Assembly: GCA_944363715.1 (NCBI GenBank)
Contig: CALVUX010000006.1
Location: 41,783 to 73,782, forward strand
Reading direction: 5' to 3'
From: an uncultured Bacilli bacterium
Lineage (GTDB): Bacteria > Bacillota_I > Bacilli_A > RF39 > UBA660
DNA: 32,000 nt
Shown here: positions 8,881 to 18,436 of the stretch, in pieces
Numbering within the stretch: the first letter of the stretch is position 1
How the letters are laid out: each line of letters starts with the position of its first letter
Translations under genes and position numbers: made by a program
Notes under the pieces: model-generated
What the model was told of the DNA's origin: nothing
Database searches by the model: none
Seen by the model: only the letters and a program-made list of their open reading frames with translations

Positions 8881-10980
8881 CTATTTTTTAATTATTAACT
8901 CGTTATCAACTACATCAAAAGTAATAGTCTCCCCATACTTAATAGTACCTTTAACAAGTTCGTGAGCAAGTAGACTTTCAACTGTTTTACTAACTTCACG
9001 TTTCAAAGGTCTTGCACCATAATTAACATCATAACCAGCATCAACTAAATAGTCTTTAGCATTATCAGTTAATTTAATATGAATATCATTATTACTTAAA
9101 CGACTCTCTATATCAGAAATAATCTTATCAAGAATTTGATAAATTACATCTTTAGTAAGAGGTTTAAAGACAATAACTTCATCTATACGGTTAATAAACT
9201 CAGGTCTAAAATGACTTCTTACTTCATCCATTACTTTACTAGTATCACTGTTTAGTATGTATTCACTACCTAAGTTAGATGTCATAATGATAATGGTATT
9301 TTTAAAATCAACAGTTCTACCATTAGAATCAGTTATTCTACCATCATCAAGTATTTGTAATAAAAGATTTAAAACCTCAGGATGAGCTTTCTCAATCTCA
9401 TCGAATAAAACTATACTATAAGGATTACGTCTAACTGCCTCAGTTAATTGTCCACCTTCTTCATATCCAACATATCCTGGAGGAGAACCAATTAAACGAC
9501 TTACACTAAACTTTTCCATATATTCACTCATATCAATACGAACCATATGTTTCTCATCATCAAAAAGTTCATAAGCAAGAGTTCTAGCTACTTCAGTTTT
9601 ACCAACACCAGTAGGACCTAAAAAGATAAATGAACCAATAGGTCTATTAGGATCTTTTATACCACTACGAGACTTAATAATCGCTTCACTTACTAAATGT
9701 AAAGCTTCATCTTGTCCCATAACTCTACTTTTCATACTATTCTCAAGATTAAGAAGTTTCTCTTTCTCACTACTAACTAATTTACTTAAAGGAATATTAG
9801 TCATTTTAGAAATAACACTAGCGATATCTTCTTCAGTAACATTATCACTAAGTAATTTCATTTCATCACGACTCTTTAACTCTTCAAGTTCTTTCTCCAA
9901 CTTAGGAATAGTACCATGTTGTAGTTTAGCAGCAGATTCTAAATCATATCTATTTTCAGCTTGCTCTAACTCAAATCTAGCTTTTTCAATTTCTTTCTTC
10001 TTAGATTGTATCTTATCATTAAGACTTTTCTCTTCTTCCCAAGCCTCTTTATATTCCTTTTCTCTAACTTTTAATTCACCTAGTTCTTTATCTATCTCAT
10101 CTTTACGTTTAAGAGATAACTGGTCTTTCTCTTTCTTAATCGCTTGTCTTTCAATTTCAAGTCTCATAATCTTACGAGTTAAAGAGTCAAGTGCGTTAGG
10201 AACAGAGTCCATTTGAACACGAATAGTCGCACAAGCTTCATCTACTAAATCTATCGCTTTATCTGGTAAATATCTATCAGTAATATAACGATTAGAAAGT
10301 GTTGCAGCGGCGACTAAAGCCTTATCATGAATAGTAACTCCATGATGTATTTCAAACTTTTCTTTAAGACCACGAAGAATAGTAATAGTATCTTCTACAC
10401 TAGGTTCATGAACAATAATCTTTTGAAAACGACGTTCTAAAGCCCCATCTTTCTCTATATATTTACGATACTCATTTAAAGTAGTCGCACCAATAACATG
10501 AATCTCTCCACGAGCAAGCATAGGTTTTAATATGTTAGATGTATCCATCGCTCCTTCCGTATTACCAGTACCTACAATCATATGAATCTCATCAATAAAC
10601 ATAATAATAGAACCTTCGGATTTTTTAACTTCATTTAAAACTTTCTTAAGCCTCTCTTCAAACTCACCACGGTATTTAGCCCCTGCAACAAGGCTTGCCA
10701 TATCAAGTTCCCATATAGTTTTATTTTTAAGACTAGCAGGAACGTCACCACGTTCTATTCTTAGAGCAAGACCTTCTACAATAGCAGTCTTACCAACACC
10801 AGGTTCACCAATTAAAACAGGGTTATTCTTAGTACGACGAGAGAGTACCCTTGTTATACTACGTATCTCTTCATCACGACCAATAACAGGATCAATCTTA
10901 CCAGCTTTAACCGCTTCATTTATATTACGACCATATTTTTCTAATACATTCTCAGTCTCTTCATTTGGATTTTGATACAT
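8881..10980 (-). CDS. clpB: ClpB-type AAA+ disaggregase lacking the N-terminal domain
   Basis: Two AAA+ modules ([15 protein letters not shown] and [11 protein letters not shown]) with a long coiled-coil middle domain between them. The 699 aa start directly before NBD1. AAGGAG RBS before ATG 10980. Confidence 0.92.
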   Translation of the reverse strand: MYQNPNEETENVLEKYGRNINEAVKAGKIDPVIGRDEEIRSITRVLSRRTKNNPVLIGEPGVGKTAIVEGLALRIERGDVPASLKNKTIWELDMASLVAGAKYRGEFEERLKKVLNEVKKSEGSIIMFIDEIHMIVGTGNTEGAMDTSNILKPMLARGEIHVIGATTLNEYRKYIEKDGALERRFQKIIVHEPSVEDTITILRGLKEKFEIHHGVTIHDKALVAAATLSNRYITDRYLPDKAIDLVDEACATIRVQMDSVPNALDSLTRKIMRLEIERQAIKKEKDQLSLKRKDEIDKELGELKVREKEYKEAWEEEKSLNDKIQSKKKEIEKARFELEQAENRYDLESAAKLQHGTIPKLEKELEELKSRDEMKLLSDNVTEEDIASVISKMTNIPLSKLVSSEKEKLLNLENSMKSRVMGQDEALHLVSEAIIKSRSGIKDPNRPIGSFIFLGPTGVGKTEVARTLAYELFDDEKHMVRIDMSEYMEKFSVSRLIGSPPGYVGYEEGGQLTEAVRRNPYSIVLFDEIEKAHPEVLNLLLQILDDGRITDSNGRTVDFKNTIIIMTSNLGSEYILNSDTSKVMDEVRSHFRPEFINRIDEVIVFKPLTKDVIYQILDKIISDIESRLSNNDIHIKLTDNAKDYLVDAGYDVNYGARPLKREVSKTVESLLAHELVKGTIKYGETITFDVVDNELIIKK

Positions 10981-11009
10981 AATACATCTCTCCTTTCTTA
11001 CACAAGCAT

Positions 11010-11038
11010 ATTATATAACAGAAATTAGCAGTTGTCAA
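11010..11038 (-). promoter_or_regulatory. Consensus sigma-A promoter of clpB
   Basis: On the minus strand: TTGACA (11033-11038), a 17-nt spacer, then TATAAT (11010-11015). It lies ~30 nt upstream of the clpB RBS. Confidence 0.65.
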
Positions 11039-11051
11039 GTGGGAGTGCTAA
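11025..11051. promoter_or_regulatory. CIRCE element (HrcA operator)
   Basis: TTAGCAGTT-N9-GAGTGCTAA compared with the consensus TTAGCACTC-N9-GAGTGCTAA. The right arm is perfect and the left arm matches 7/9. It overlaps the -35 box of the clpB promoter. Confidence 0.75.
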
Positions 11052-11159
11052 ATATTGCTGAAATATAATCTAGTATGACATAAAGCACACTAGATTATAC
11101 GACCTTCTCAAGACTTTTACTTCAACTCGTTCAAGCCTCTAATTCGCTTTACATAGTCC

Positions 11160-11600
11160 TTACGGACTAGTCACGCTCATCACGAGGCAGAACGAGCCGA
11201 GGCTGTTAACACTACCAAGACCCCAGGAATCGAAGTAGAAAACACCCGCAGCAGTAGTATTAGCATAACCACCGCCGCGCAACAACCATGGGTACTCCTC
11301 ACTTACCATAGTTTGAGAATCATTATACCATCCTCTTGTTTCACTTAATCCATGTCCTAAACATTCACTTCCATTACATGCTGTACTAGGATTATTACTT
11401 GTATACTTGTTATAATACTTTGCTTCTGGCATACTCTCAAATCCACTTGAAGCTACCATATCGTTATAGTTTCCCATAACATACTCCCATGCTCCTCCTG
11501 ACATATCATATACCCCATAGATTGTTCCCGTTGTACTGGCTTCTACTCCTTTTCCTGTCATTCCTTCTTCTGTTCTTATATTATTATCATATTTTCGTCT
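11160..11600 (-). pseudogene. C-terminal fragment of an FGE-sulfatase (CLec-fold) domain protein with a VR-like tail
   Basis: IYGVYDMSGGAWEYV and WLLRGGGY...LGSFCLVMSV match the FGE-sulfatase pattern (GxYDMxGNxWEW ... RGGSW ... GFRxV). The upstream 70 codons of the tracked ORF are junk-like and overlap the XRE gene on the other strand. The 5' limit is approximate, and a short product starting at Met 11561 cannot be excluded. Confidence 0.55.
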
Positions 11601-11661
11601 ATTTCCCCAATGAATTTTATATTGATACCAAAAAATGGAAAAATTAAATTGGTGAAGAAAT

Positions 11662-12108
11662 ATGATTATAAAAAATCTTAGATATACAAGAGAAAACTTA
11701 GGTCTTAAACAAAAAGATTTAACTACTCTTTTTAACGTAACATACTCTACAATATCAGGACGGGAAACAGGTAAAGACACAATACCTCTAAGACAATTAA
11801 TAAAATATGCTAATAAGTATAATTTTAGTCTAGACTATCTATTTGGTTTAACAAGCACTAATAAGTCTTATTTACCCTTAGAAATAGACTTAGAAGTTAT
11901 TTCTAAAAACTTAATTACTATTAGAAAGAAAAATAAAAAGACTCAAGCCCAAATCGCTAAAGTCTTAAATACAAGTTCAGGAGGCTATGCTCATTATGAA
12001 AATTCCAGATATTTAATACCTACTAATTTTATATATAACCTTGCCCTATACTATAAAAATTTCTCAATAGATAAAATCTTAGGAAGAAAAGAAAAAGTAT
12101 ATAAATAA
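11662..12108 (+). CDS. XRE-family regulator with two tandem HTH domains
   Basis: Two HTH_3-like modules (LGLKQKDLTTLFNVTYSTIS and KKTQAQIAKVLNTSSGGYAHYE). GGTGA RBS lies 6 nt before the ATG. Paralogous to 29770-30219. Confidence 0.8.
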   Translation: MIIKNLRYTRENLGLKQKDLTTLFNVTYSTISGRETGKDTIPLRQLIKYANKYNFSLDYLFGLTSTNKSYLPLEIDLEVISKNLITIRKKNKKTQAQIAKVLNTSSGGYAHYENSRYLIPTNFIYNLALYYKNFSIDKILGRKEKVYK

Positions 12109-12119
12109 AACTATATACT

Positions 12120-13394
12120 TTATTCACTAACTACACTTATCGCCGTTTGTAACATAGTATCATTCTCATAAGTTAATGTTTCTCCTTCTTGTAATACAGT
12201 TTCTACTCTATCAGTAGGAACAACTCCCTTATCATTAACCCAATTACCTTTAGGAGTTAACCATTTTTGTACTGTATATTTAATAGTATCTCCACTATTT
12301 AAATCACTAGCAGATTGTACAGTACCTTTTCCATAAGAGTTAATACCTACTATATGAGAACCATAACTCTCTTTAAAAGCACTAGCAAGTATCTCTGAAG
12401 CACTAGCACTCTCATCATTAATAATTACACTAACAGGATAATCTCTATCAACACTCTTCTTAGTACCATAAACTTTCTCTGTTTTATTTTTAGTCTGTAA
12501 TTGATATAATACTTGTTTCTTATTTAAGAATAAACTTAATATATTCTTAACTTCAGATAAATAACCACCAGGATTATCTCTAACATCAATAACTAATCCT
12601 TCTATATTATTCTTCTCTAACTTCTTTAAAATCTTATTAAATTGTTTATAAGAATTACTATTAAATATCTCTATTTTAATATAACCTATTTTTTTATTAT
12701 TACTCGCATATATTTCACTATCTACAACAGGAGTCTCTATAGTATCTTTACTAAGTTCAAAACTAAGTTCTTGTCCATCTCTTGTTACAGTCAATTTAGA
12801 ACTTTTACCACTATCATTACCAGATATCATATTAACTACTTCAGTTAAACTCTTACCATTAATATCAGTATCATTTACTTTAGTAACAATATCTCCAACT
12901 TTTACCCCAGCTTTACTAGCAGGACTATTATCAAAAACATTACCTACACTAACAACCCCATCTTTAAGCATTACTTCTATACCAATACCTTCATAAGTAC
13001 CTGCTAACGCTCCATTAAAATCATCACTAGCTTCCCCACTAAAGTATGTAGCATAAGGATCATCTAAGTAATTAATCATCCCTTGTATTCCAGCATCTAT
13101 AAGTTCTTCTTTATCAACATCTTCATAATAGTTATTAACAATATTATCATAGGTAGAAACCAATTCATTTAACTCATCACTACTAGAAGATGAATCACTA
13201 AACACCACAAAATTAACTATATTACCTAAAAGAAAACCAAACATAATAGCAATTATCATGATAATAATAACTTCAGAAAAATTAAACCCACTTCTTCTTT
13301 CTACTATAATCTCTCTAACATTATTATCCTCTATTTCTTCTTTCACTTCTTCTAGACTCTCTTTATCATTAATATTCTTATTCTTTTTAAACAT
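12120..13394 (-). CDS. Carboxy-terminal processing (S41) peptidase with a PDZ domain
   Basis: N-terminal TM helix, PDZ-like GVKVGDIVTKVNDTDINGKS, and S41 core motifs LVIDVRDNPGG, VIINDESASASEILA and SYGKGTVQ. ATG 13394 follows GGGGTGA. Confidence 0.85.
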   Translation of the reverse strand: MFKKNKNINDKESLEEVKEEIEDNNVREIIVERRSGFNFSEVIIIMIIAIMFGFLLGNIVNFVVFSDSSSSSDELNELVSTYDNIVNNYYEDVDKEELIDAGIQGMINYLDDPYATYFSGEASDDFNGALAGTYEGIGIEVMLKDGVVSVGNVFDNSPASKAGVKVGDIVTKVNDTDINGKSLTEVVNMISGNDSGKSSKLTVTRDGQELSFELSKDTIETPVVDSEIYASNNKKIGYIKIEIFNSNSYKQFNKILKKLEKNNIEGLVIDVRDNPGGYLSEVKNILSLFLNKKQVLYQLQTKNKTEKVYGTKKSVDRDYPVSVIINDESASASEILASAFKESYGSHIVGINSYGKGTVQSASDLNSGDTIKYTVQKWLTPKGNWVNDKGVVPTDRVETVLQEGETLTYENDTMLQTAISVVSE

Positions 13395-13534
13395 TAGTAT
13401 CACCCCACAGTCTTAACATATTAATTTTATCACAAATAAAACAATATCTAAAGAGAAAATAAATTCATTTTTATATCTTTACACTACTATATGTAGAAAC
13501 TATAAAAGAGAGTACAAATATATTACATTTCATA

Positions 13535-13563
13535 TTGACACACCCTATCTGTTATGATACATT
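13535..13563 (+). promoter_or_regulatory. Candidate extended -10 sigma-A promoter
   Basis: TTGACA (13535-13540), 17-nt spacer, TACATT (13558-13563), with TG at -15/-14. It lies ~220 nt upstream of the Rpn-like gene. Confidence 0.4.
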
Positions 13564-13780
13564 ATTGATATAAGAGGCGATGTATAAAAGATGGGGAAAG
13601 GAGGAAAATTTAATATTTTTGAAAAACTATGAATTTTGCAAATTGAGAGAATTATTGATATGAATATTTAAAATTCGTCTAGAGAAAATAATAAATTGAA
13701 GAGTTATTTTTCTTGAATTTTAAAAATTACCTTTTTGCAATCATTTATAGACTATGCTATAACACTTGCAAGGAGGTTTT

Positions 13781-14746
13781 ATGATAAAAAAACGAATTAA
13801 AAATATTCCTAAAAATGTCTCTAACGAAGAAATTAGAGAATATATGATATCTAATAACTTTGTCTATGAAGCAACCCTTGATAGTGTATTTAAATCTATT
13901 ATGGGTGGTTGTCTTTTATATTTAGGAGATATAATATCTAAATTAACTGGTCTTGATAAAGATTTTATTATTAAAAACTTTAAAGAACAAAATGTTGAAC
14001 ATAAAATAGCGAATGCTCTAGAAAGAAAAAAAGTCTCAGATTTTATATTTAAATTACCAGGTTTTATTATTAACTTAGAGTGTAATCGTGGATACTGGGA
14101 TGGCCTAATAGAGAGAAATGATGCTTACTTTGGAAAACTAAAAGGTGAATTATTAAGTAAAGGTGAAGAGTATAGTAAAAAAATAAAAGTAATACAGATT
14201 AATTTTGATATATTTGATAACTTTGAAGAATGCTTAGGAAAAGAAAATATATTTAAATTTTATATGAAGAATAATGAAAATATAATAGAAACAGAAACAA
14301 GTGAAAAGATACATATAGATATGATGAAAAGTTATAACAAATATCTTACTGGAGAAGAGCTAACTAAATTAGACAAAGAATTAGTAATATTAATGTTAGA
14401 TGATTATCTAGAAATAAAAAAATTAGCGGAAGGAGACGATGAATTAATGGAAGGTTGTGCTTTAAGATTATATGAACTAACAGATAATATTGATAATATA
14501 AGACTTTATGATCCTGAGAAAAGAAGAAAGGAAGAAGAAGCTTTAAAGATAGAATATCATAGTAAAATTGCTAAAGAACAAGGAATTGAACAGGGAATTG
14601 AGCAAGGAATTGAACAAGGAATAAAAACAGGTGCTAGTAATGAGAAAAAATCTATTGCTAAGAATCTTCTTAATATAGGTATGCCTATAAAAGATATAGT
14701 TAAAGCGACAGGTCTTTCTAAAAAGCAAATAACAATGTTAATGTAG
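13781..14746 (+). CDS. Rpn/YhgA-like PD-(D/E)XK nuclease (putative transposase_31 family)
   Basis: AAGGAGG RBS before ATG 13781. The length and the C-terminal tail (EQGI repeats followed by AKNLLNIGMPIKDIVKATGLSKKQI) are characteristic of this family as I remember it. Confidence 0.7.
   Translation: MIKKRIKNIPKNVSNEEIREYMISNNFVYEATLDSVFKSIMGGCLLYLGDIISKLTGLDKDFIIKNFKEQNVEHKIANALERKKVSDFIFKLPGFIINLECNRGYWDGLIERNDAYFGKLKGELLSKGEEYSKKIKVIQINFDIFDNFEECLGKENIFKFYMKNNENIIETETSEKIHIDMMKSYNKYLTGEELTKLDKELVILMLDDYLEIKKLAEGDDELMEGCALRLYELTDNIDNIRLYDPEKRRKEEEALKIEYHSKIAKEQGIEQGIEQGIEQGIKTGASNEKKSIAKNLLNIGMPIKDIVKATGLSKKQITMLM
14576..14623 (+). repeat. 4 x 12-nt in-frame tandem repeat (EQGI)x4
   Basis: GAACAAGGAATT / GAACAGGGAATT / GAGCAAGGAATT / GAACAAGGAATA, read directly from the sequence. 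Confidence 0.9.
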
Positions 14747-14761
14747 AAAATAATACAAACA

Positions 14762-14786
14762 AAAACTAGTCTTTATGGCTAGTTTT
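14762..14786. terminator. Bidirectional terminator between convergent genes
   Basis: AAAACTAGTC pairs with GGCTAGTTTT (10-bp stem including one GU pair, 5-nt loop). A-run on the left and T-run on the right. Confidence 0.6.
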
Positions 14787-15276
14787 AACTATTTAAAAAA
14801 CTTGTAATTTCATTAGTATCAGTAATTGTCTCTGTAACTTCTCCATCAGTAAATTTTAGTAAAGTAGTATCTTTAACTTTTAAACTACTAGCATCATCTG
14901 TAACAATATCTCCATCAGTAATATATTTCTTATTCATACCATTAGCAAGATCAACACTATATAGCTTACTATCACTATTATTTAACTGATAAGAACTTAT
15001 TAAAGAACTAATAGTAGAGTATTCATTACTAGAATCATAATATATTACATAATACTCTCCATCACCTTGATTAAATGACTCACCAGCTAATATCTCATCA
15101 TACTGAATAGCATTTTCTGTAATCTTTTGTTCTTCAGTATCTTTACTAAGTATTGCAGTAGTTAAAAAGTACATTCCGACTAACAAAACTATTGCAACTA
15201 CTATAATTATAATAGTTTTCTTAACTTCACTAGGTAACCCCTTTTTATTATTTAAATAATCTTTTTTCATATACAT
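14785..15276 (-). CDS. Membrane-anchored hypothetical protein
   Basis: Single N-terminal TM helix (IIIIVVAIVLLVGMYFLTTAIL) followed by an acidic extracytoplasmic domain. The exact start is uncertain (15276 or 15270). Confidence 0.6.
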   Translation of the reverse strand: MYMKKDYLNNKKGLPSEVKKTIIIIVVAIVLLVGMYFLTTAILSKDTEEQKITENAIQYDEILAGESFNQGDGEYYVIYYDSSNEYSTISSLISSYQLNNSDSKLYSVDLANGMNKKYITDGDIVTDDASSLKVKDTTLLKFTDGEVTETITDTNEITSFLNS

Positions 15277-15328
15277 CAATACCTTTCATTTCATCTCTAA
15301 TAATATCATAAACAAAAGAAAAAATAAA

Positions 15329-16600
15329 CTAATTTTTCAAACATCCAATAGGCACAACATAAACATTATCATCACGCCTATAAGCATAATTACCTGCCGC
15401 TGTAATAACCATTAAAAAAGATGGATTTTTCATTTTACTAGTATCTAACTTATTTTTTAGTTTTATTAAATTACTAGCACCTTCTTCTATTAATTTATCA
15501 CCACCTAATTTTATTTCAATAAGTCCATATGAACCATTTCTTAAATGAATAACTGCATCACATTCTAACGAAGAAGCATCTCTATAATGATATAAATTAC
15601 CATTAATACTCTCTGCATAAACTCTTAAATCTCTAACACAAAGATTTTCAAAAATAAATCCAAATGTATTTAAATCACTAATCAAATCATCTGGCCCTAA
15701 TCCCAAAGCTGCTGTTGCTATAGACGGATCGATAAAATATCTAGTATCAGAAGTCCTAATAGCACTTTTACTTCTTAAATTAGGATTCCAAGCAGGAACT
15801 TCTTCTATAACAAATATTTTTTTTAATGCATTAATATATGAATAAACAGTATCTGCATCTAATGAAAAAGAATCATTATTAATCATATCTTTTTTTAAAG
15901 TTTCAATTGATACTTGACTACCAATATTTCTAGCATAACTTCTCATCAAATTTTTAACTCTTGTAGATTCTCGATTTATACCATCAACTCTTGAAATATC
16001 AGAATTAACTACAGCATCATAATAATCAAAAGCTTGATCCAATGCAATATCTTTATCCATAAATATACTTCTAGGCCATCCTCCTCGACAACACAAGTAA
16101 GCAATATCTTCTAAAGATAATTTATTAATACCATTAACATCCTTAGAATCAAACAAATCTTTAAGACTAATCTCTCCTGTAGATTCTAAAGATTCAAATA
16201 AAGTCATCGGTCTCATTAATAAAAAAGAAAATCTACCAGTTCCTGTATGAGTAATTAAATTTTTATCAGCAGAAAGAGAAGAACCAGTTAAAATAAATTG
16301 TCCTTCATTCTTTCTATGATCAACTTCAAATCTAACTGCATCCCAAAGTTTAGGAGCAATTTGCCACTCATCTATCAGTCTTGGTGTATCACCTTTTAAT
16401 AATAAACTAGGATTAATATCAACGAGCATTAAGTTCTGTTCTTTATTCTCAGGATTTGCCATATATAATATACTTTTAGATATTTGTTCTGCTGTTGTAG
16501 TTTTACCACACCATTTAGGCCCTTCAATCAAAACAGCACCTTTCCCCTTTAATTTTCTTAATAACATTTCATCAACAATTCTTTTCTTATAAGTGTTCAT
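15329..16600 (-). CDS. AAA-type ATP-binding protein (AAA_14 + DUF4143 architecture)
   Basis: Walker A GPKWCGKTT, Walker-B-like PRLIDEWQ. The ~420 aa and the C-terminal pattern are typical of DUF4143 ATPases. Confidence 0.8.
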   Translation of the reverse strand: MNTYKKRIVDEMLLRKLKGKGAVLIEGPKWCGKTTTAEQISKSILYMANPENKEQNLMLVDINPSLLLKGDTPRLIDEWQIAPKLWDAVRFEVDHRKNEGQFILTGSSLSADKNLITHTGTGRFSFLLMRPMTLFESLESTGEISLKDLFDSKDVNGINKLSLEDIAYLCCRGGWPRSIFMDKDIALDQAFDYYDAVVNSDISRVDGINRESTRVKNLMRSYARNIGSQVSIETLKKDMINNDSFSLDADTVYSYINALKKIFVIEEVPAWNPNLRSKSAIRTSDTRYFIDPSIATAALGLGPDDLISDLNTFGFIFENLCVRDLRVYAESINGNLYHYRDASSLECDAVIHLRNGSYGLIEIKLGGDKLIEEGASNLIKLKNKLDTSKMKNPSFLMVITAAGNYAYRRDDNVYVVPIGCLKN

Positions 16601-16790
16601 ATACTCACCCTCTCAATTCAATTTTATCATTATAATATTTTTTTATCAACTCTTTTTCGGTAAAATATAAGATTTTTATTCGGTAATTTGTAGTATTTTT
16701 ATTCAGTAATTTACAATTTATATATAATCAACTCTAATTAAAAATAACTTCTTCATATCTTCTTTTAAAAAAAAATAAACACTTTCGTGC

Positions 16791-17522
16791 TTATTTCATA
16801 GTAGGTAAAACATTTATAGAGTTAGCTACTTCCAAGAGTTCATCTTGATTCATAACATCACTTACTAAATAATAATTAATACCACCACTTGTAAAGTTAA
16901 TAGAATTATCAGAAAGTACTCCCAAGCTATCCATAAACATAGCAGGCTCTCCCATCGTTGGTATAACAGTAAACTCATCCATCGTACTTACAGTCTCTTC
17001 TACAAGTATAAAAGGTTTATCACCACTAAACGTAAGAATAACTCTTTCTCCATCTGTCATACTAACTTTCTCTTCATTAGTAAGCTTAGTTCCTTCAGGA
17101 AGAACCATAGGATATATAGTATCATCAATTGCACTAGTTTCTACTGCCTCTTCTTCTAAATTAATAGTACTCATTATCTCTTCTAAATCAAAATAATTAT
17201 TTTTAAAATTAGGACTAAAATCAATATCTTTTACTTTTAAAGTCATATTAGGAACATCATCACTATCTAAAACTATCGCTTCAGTAAGTTTTAAATCTTC
17301 ATCAAAAGTAACTTTCTGACTAGTTAAATTTCTATTATTAGGATAATTTACATTACTAGTAAAAACATAGTTTTTATCATCTTTTTTAAAAGTTCTCTTA
17401 TCATCATTTTCTAAATCACTTATTATAGACTGTAACAAATAAACTTGAGAATTATTGTAAGGAAAGTCACTTTGAAATTTAAAACTTTTATTCAAACTAG
17501 GTGTTAAAACTATAACACACAA
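16791..17522 (-). pseudogene. 5'-truncated LolA-fold / YdcC-like (DUF4367) gene
   Basis: No signal peptide. The frame opens only ~10 codons upstream of the tracked TTG. The conserved VLTPSLNKSFKFQSD motif, which as I recall sits ~100 aa into B. subtilis YdcC, is at the very N-terminus here. Confidence 0.6.
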
Positions 17523-17545
17523 AAGTTTTAAATTTTTATAGTATC

Positions 17546-18424
17546 TTATATATTATTATTAAATTTATTTTCTATTTTATCTTGCGATTCAATATATTTA
17601 TAGTTTAAGTTATTATTTTTTGTGATTACTGATTCTCCTAGTTTTCTTTCAAGATCATCTCTAGCAACTTTAGCAGTATTACCACCCATTCTTGCTATTT
17701 TTTTATTTTGTTCTAAACCATAAGGCTTATGTTTTTTAGCAAGTTCTCTTGTTGCCGTTTCACCTAGGTCTGTTAAAAGAACTTCTATATCAGACATATT
17801 ATCTCTTAAAGATTCTTTACGAAGTCCTTTAAATGCTTTATATTCACTTGCTTTCATTCCAGACCATTCTTGATAAATTTCATTTGTTAGTATCCCATAT
17901 TCATAATTTTTAGTGATACCGCCATCTTTCCAAACATCAGTTAACCTTTTTCTATCAACAATTCCATCTAACCTATCTTTAATCCATTTATCACTATATC
18001 CTCGTTTTCTATAATAATCTACTGCCCTGTTAATAGCAATTTCAGGATCAAATACCTCATCTATTCTTTCACTACCTAAATTAGCAAGCCAAAGTTTAAA
18101 AGGTTCAGCTTTAGGACTGGGAACAGATTCAATTAATCTCAATATTCCTTTAGTATCTAAAGTGTCAGTTAAATAATTTTTCCCATCTTTTTTTGACTTC
18201 ATTTTGAGTTGGTTAGTATTACTAACCAACTGACTACCTTCTTCGTTTAGTTTATTTTTTAACCATTTCCAATAATTTCTAGATTTTTCGTAATCATTAT
18301 TTGTTAATGCACTAATAACATCAACAACACTAAAATAATATTCTTCTTTTTCATTATCCCAAATACTTCTTATTTCATTACCCTCAAAAAGATTTGATAT
18401 TGTTTCTAATTTGTTTTGACTCAT
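17546..18424 (-). CDS. Bro-N domain protein with a DinD-like C-terminal region
   Basis: The N-terminal pattern FEGNEIRSIWDNEKEEYYFSVVDVISAL...LIESVPSPKAEPFKLWL is Bro-N-like. AAGGAGG RBS. Confidence 0.7.
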   Translation of the reverse strand: MSQNKLETISNLFEGNEIRSIWDNEKEEYYFSVVDVISALTNNDYEKSRNYWKWLKNKLNEEGSQLVSNTNQLKMKSKKDGKNYLTDTLDTKGILRLIESVPSPKAEPFKLWLANLGSERIDEVFDPEIAINRAVDYYRKRGYSDKWIKDRLDGIVDRKRLTDVWKDGGITKNYEYGILTNEIYQEWSGMKASEYKAFKGLRKESLRDNMSDIEVLLTDLGETATRELAKKHKPYGLEQNKKIARMGGNTAKVARDDLERKLGESVITKNNNLNYKYIESQDKIENKFNNNI

Positions 18425-18436
18425 TTATTACCTCCT

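Noticed and set aside
11561-11780. N-terminal 70-plus codons of the tracked 206-aa ORF 11160-11780
   Set aside because: The sequence (MSLPVSRPDIVEYVTLKRVVKSFCLRPKF...) has no family resemblance. It overlaps the well-supported XRE gene on the opposite strand and lacks an RBS. Only the FGE-like C-terminal part looks like real, though truncated, coding sequence.
12642-12848. Short antisense or shadow ORFs (also 512-718, 1233-1499, 6923-7132, 8566-8793, 14543-14728, 19338-19520, 19417-19626, 20013-20225, 20248-20445, 21523-21717, 22298-22519, 22945-23163, 24964-25203, 26099-26281, 26518-26757, 26987-27283, 27770-27973)
   Set aside because: All lie within or opposite strongly supported genes. Their translations are F/I/L/S-rich, as expected from antisense AT-rich coding DNA, and they lack RBSs.
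13404-13780. The long spacer upstream of the Rpn-like gene considered as a riboswitch or leader-peptide region (mini-ORFs MNFAN and MGKGGKFNIFEKL)
   Set aside because: No recognisable riboswitch core or terminator/antiterminator pair was found. The mini-ORFs are too short to evaluate. Only the promoter-like element and the shared 17-bp motif are reported.
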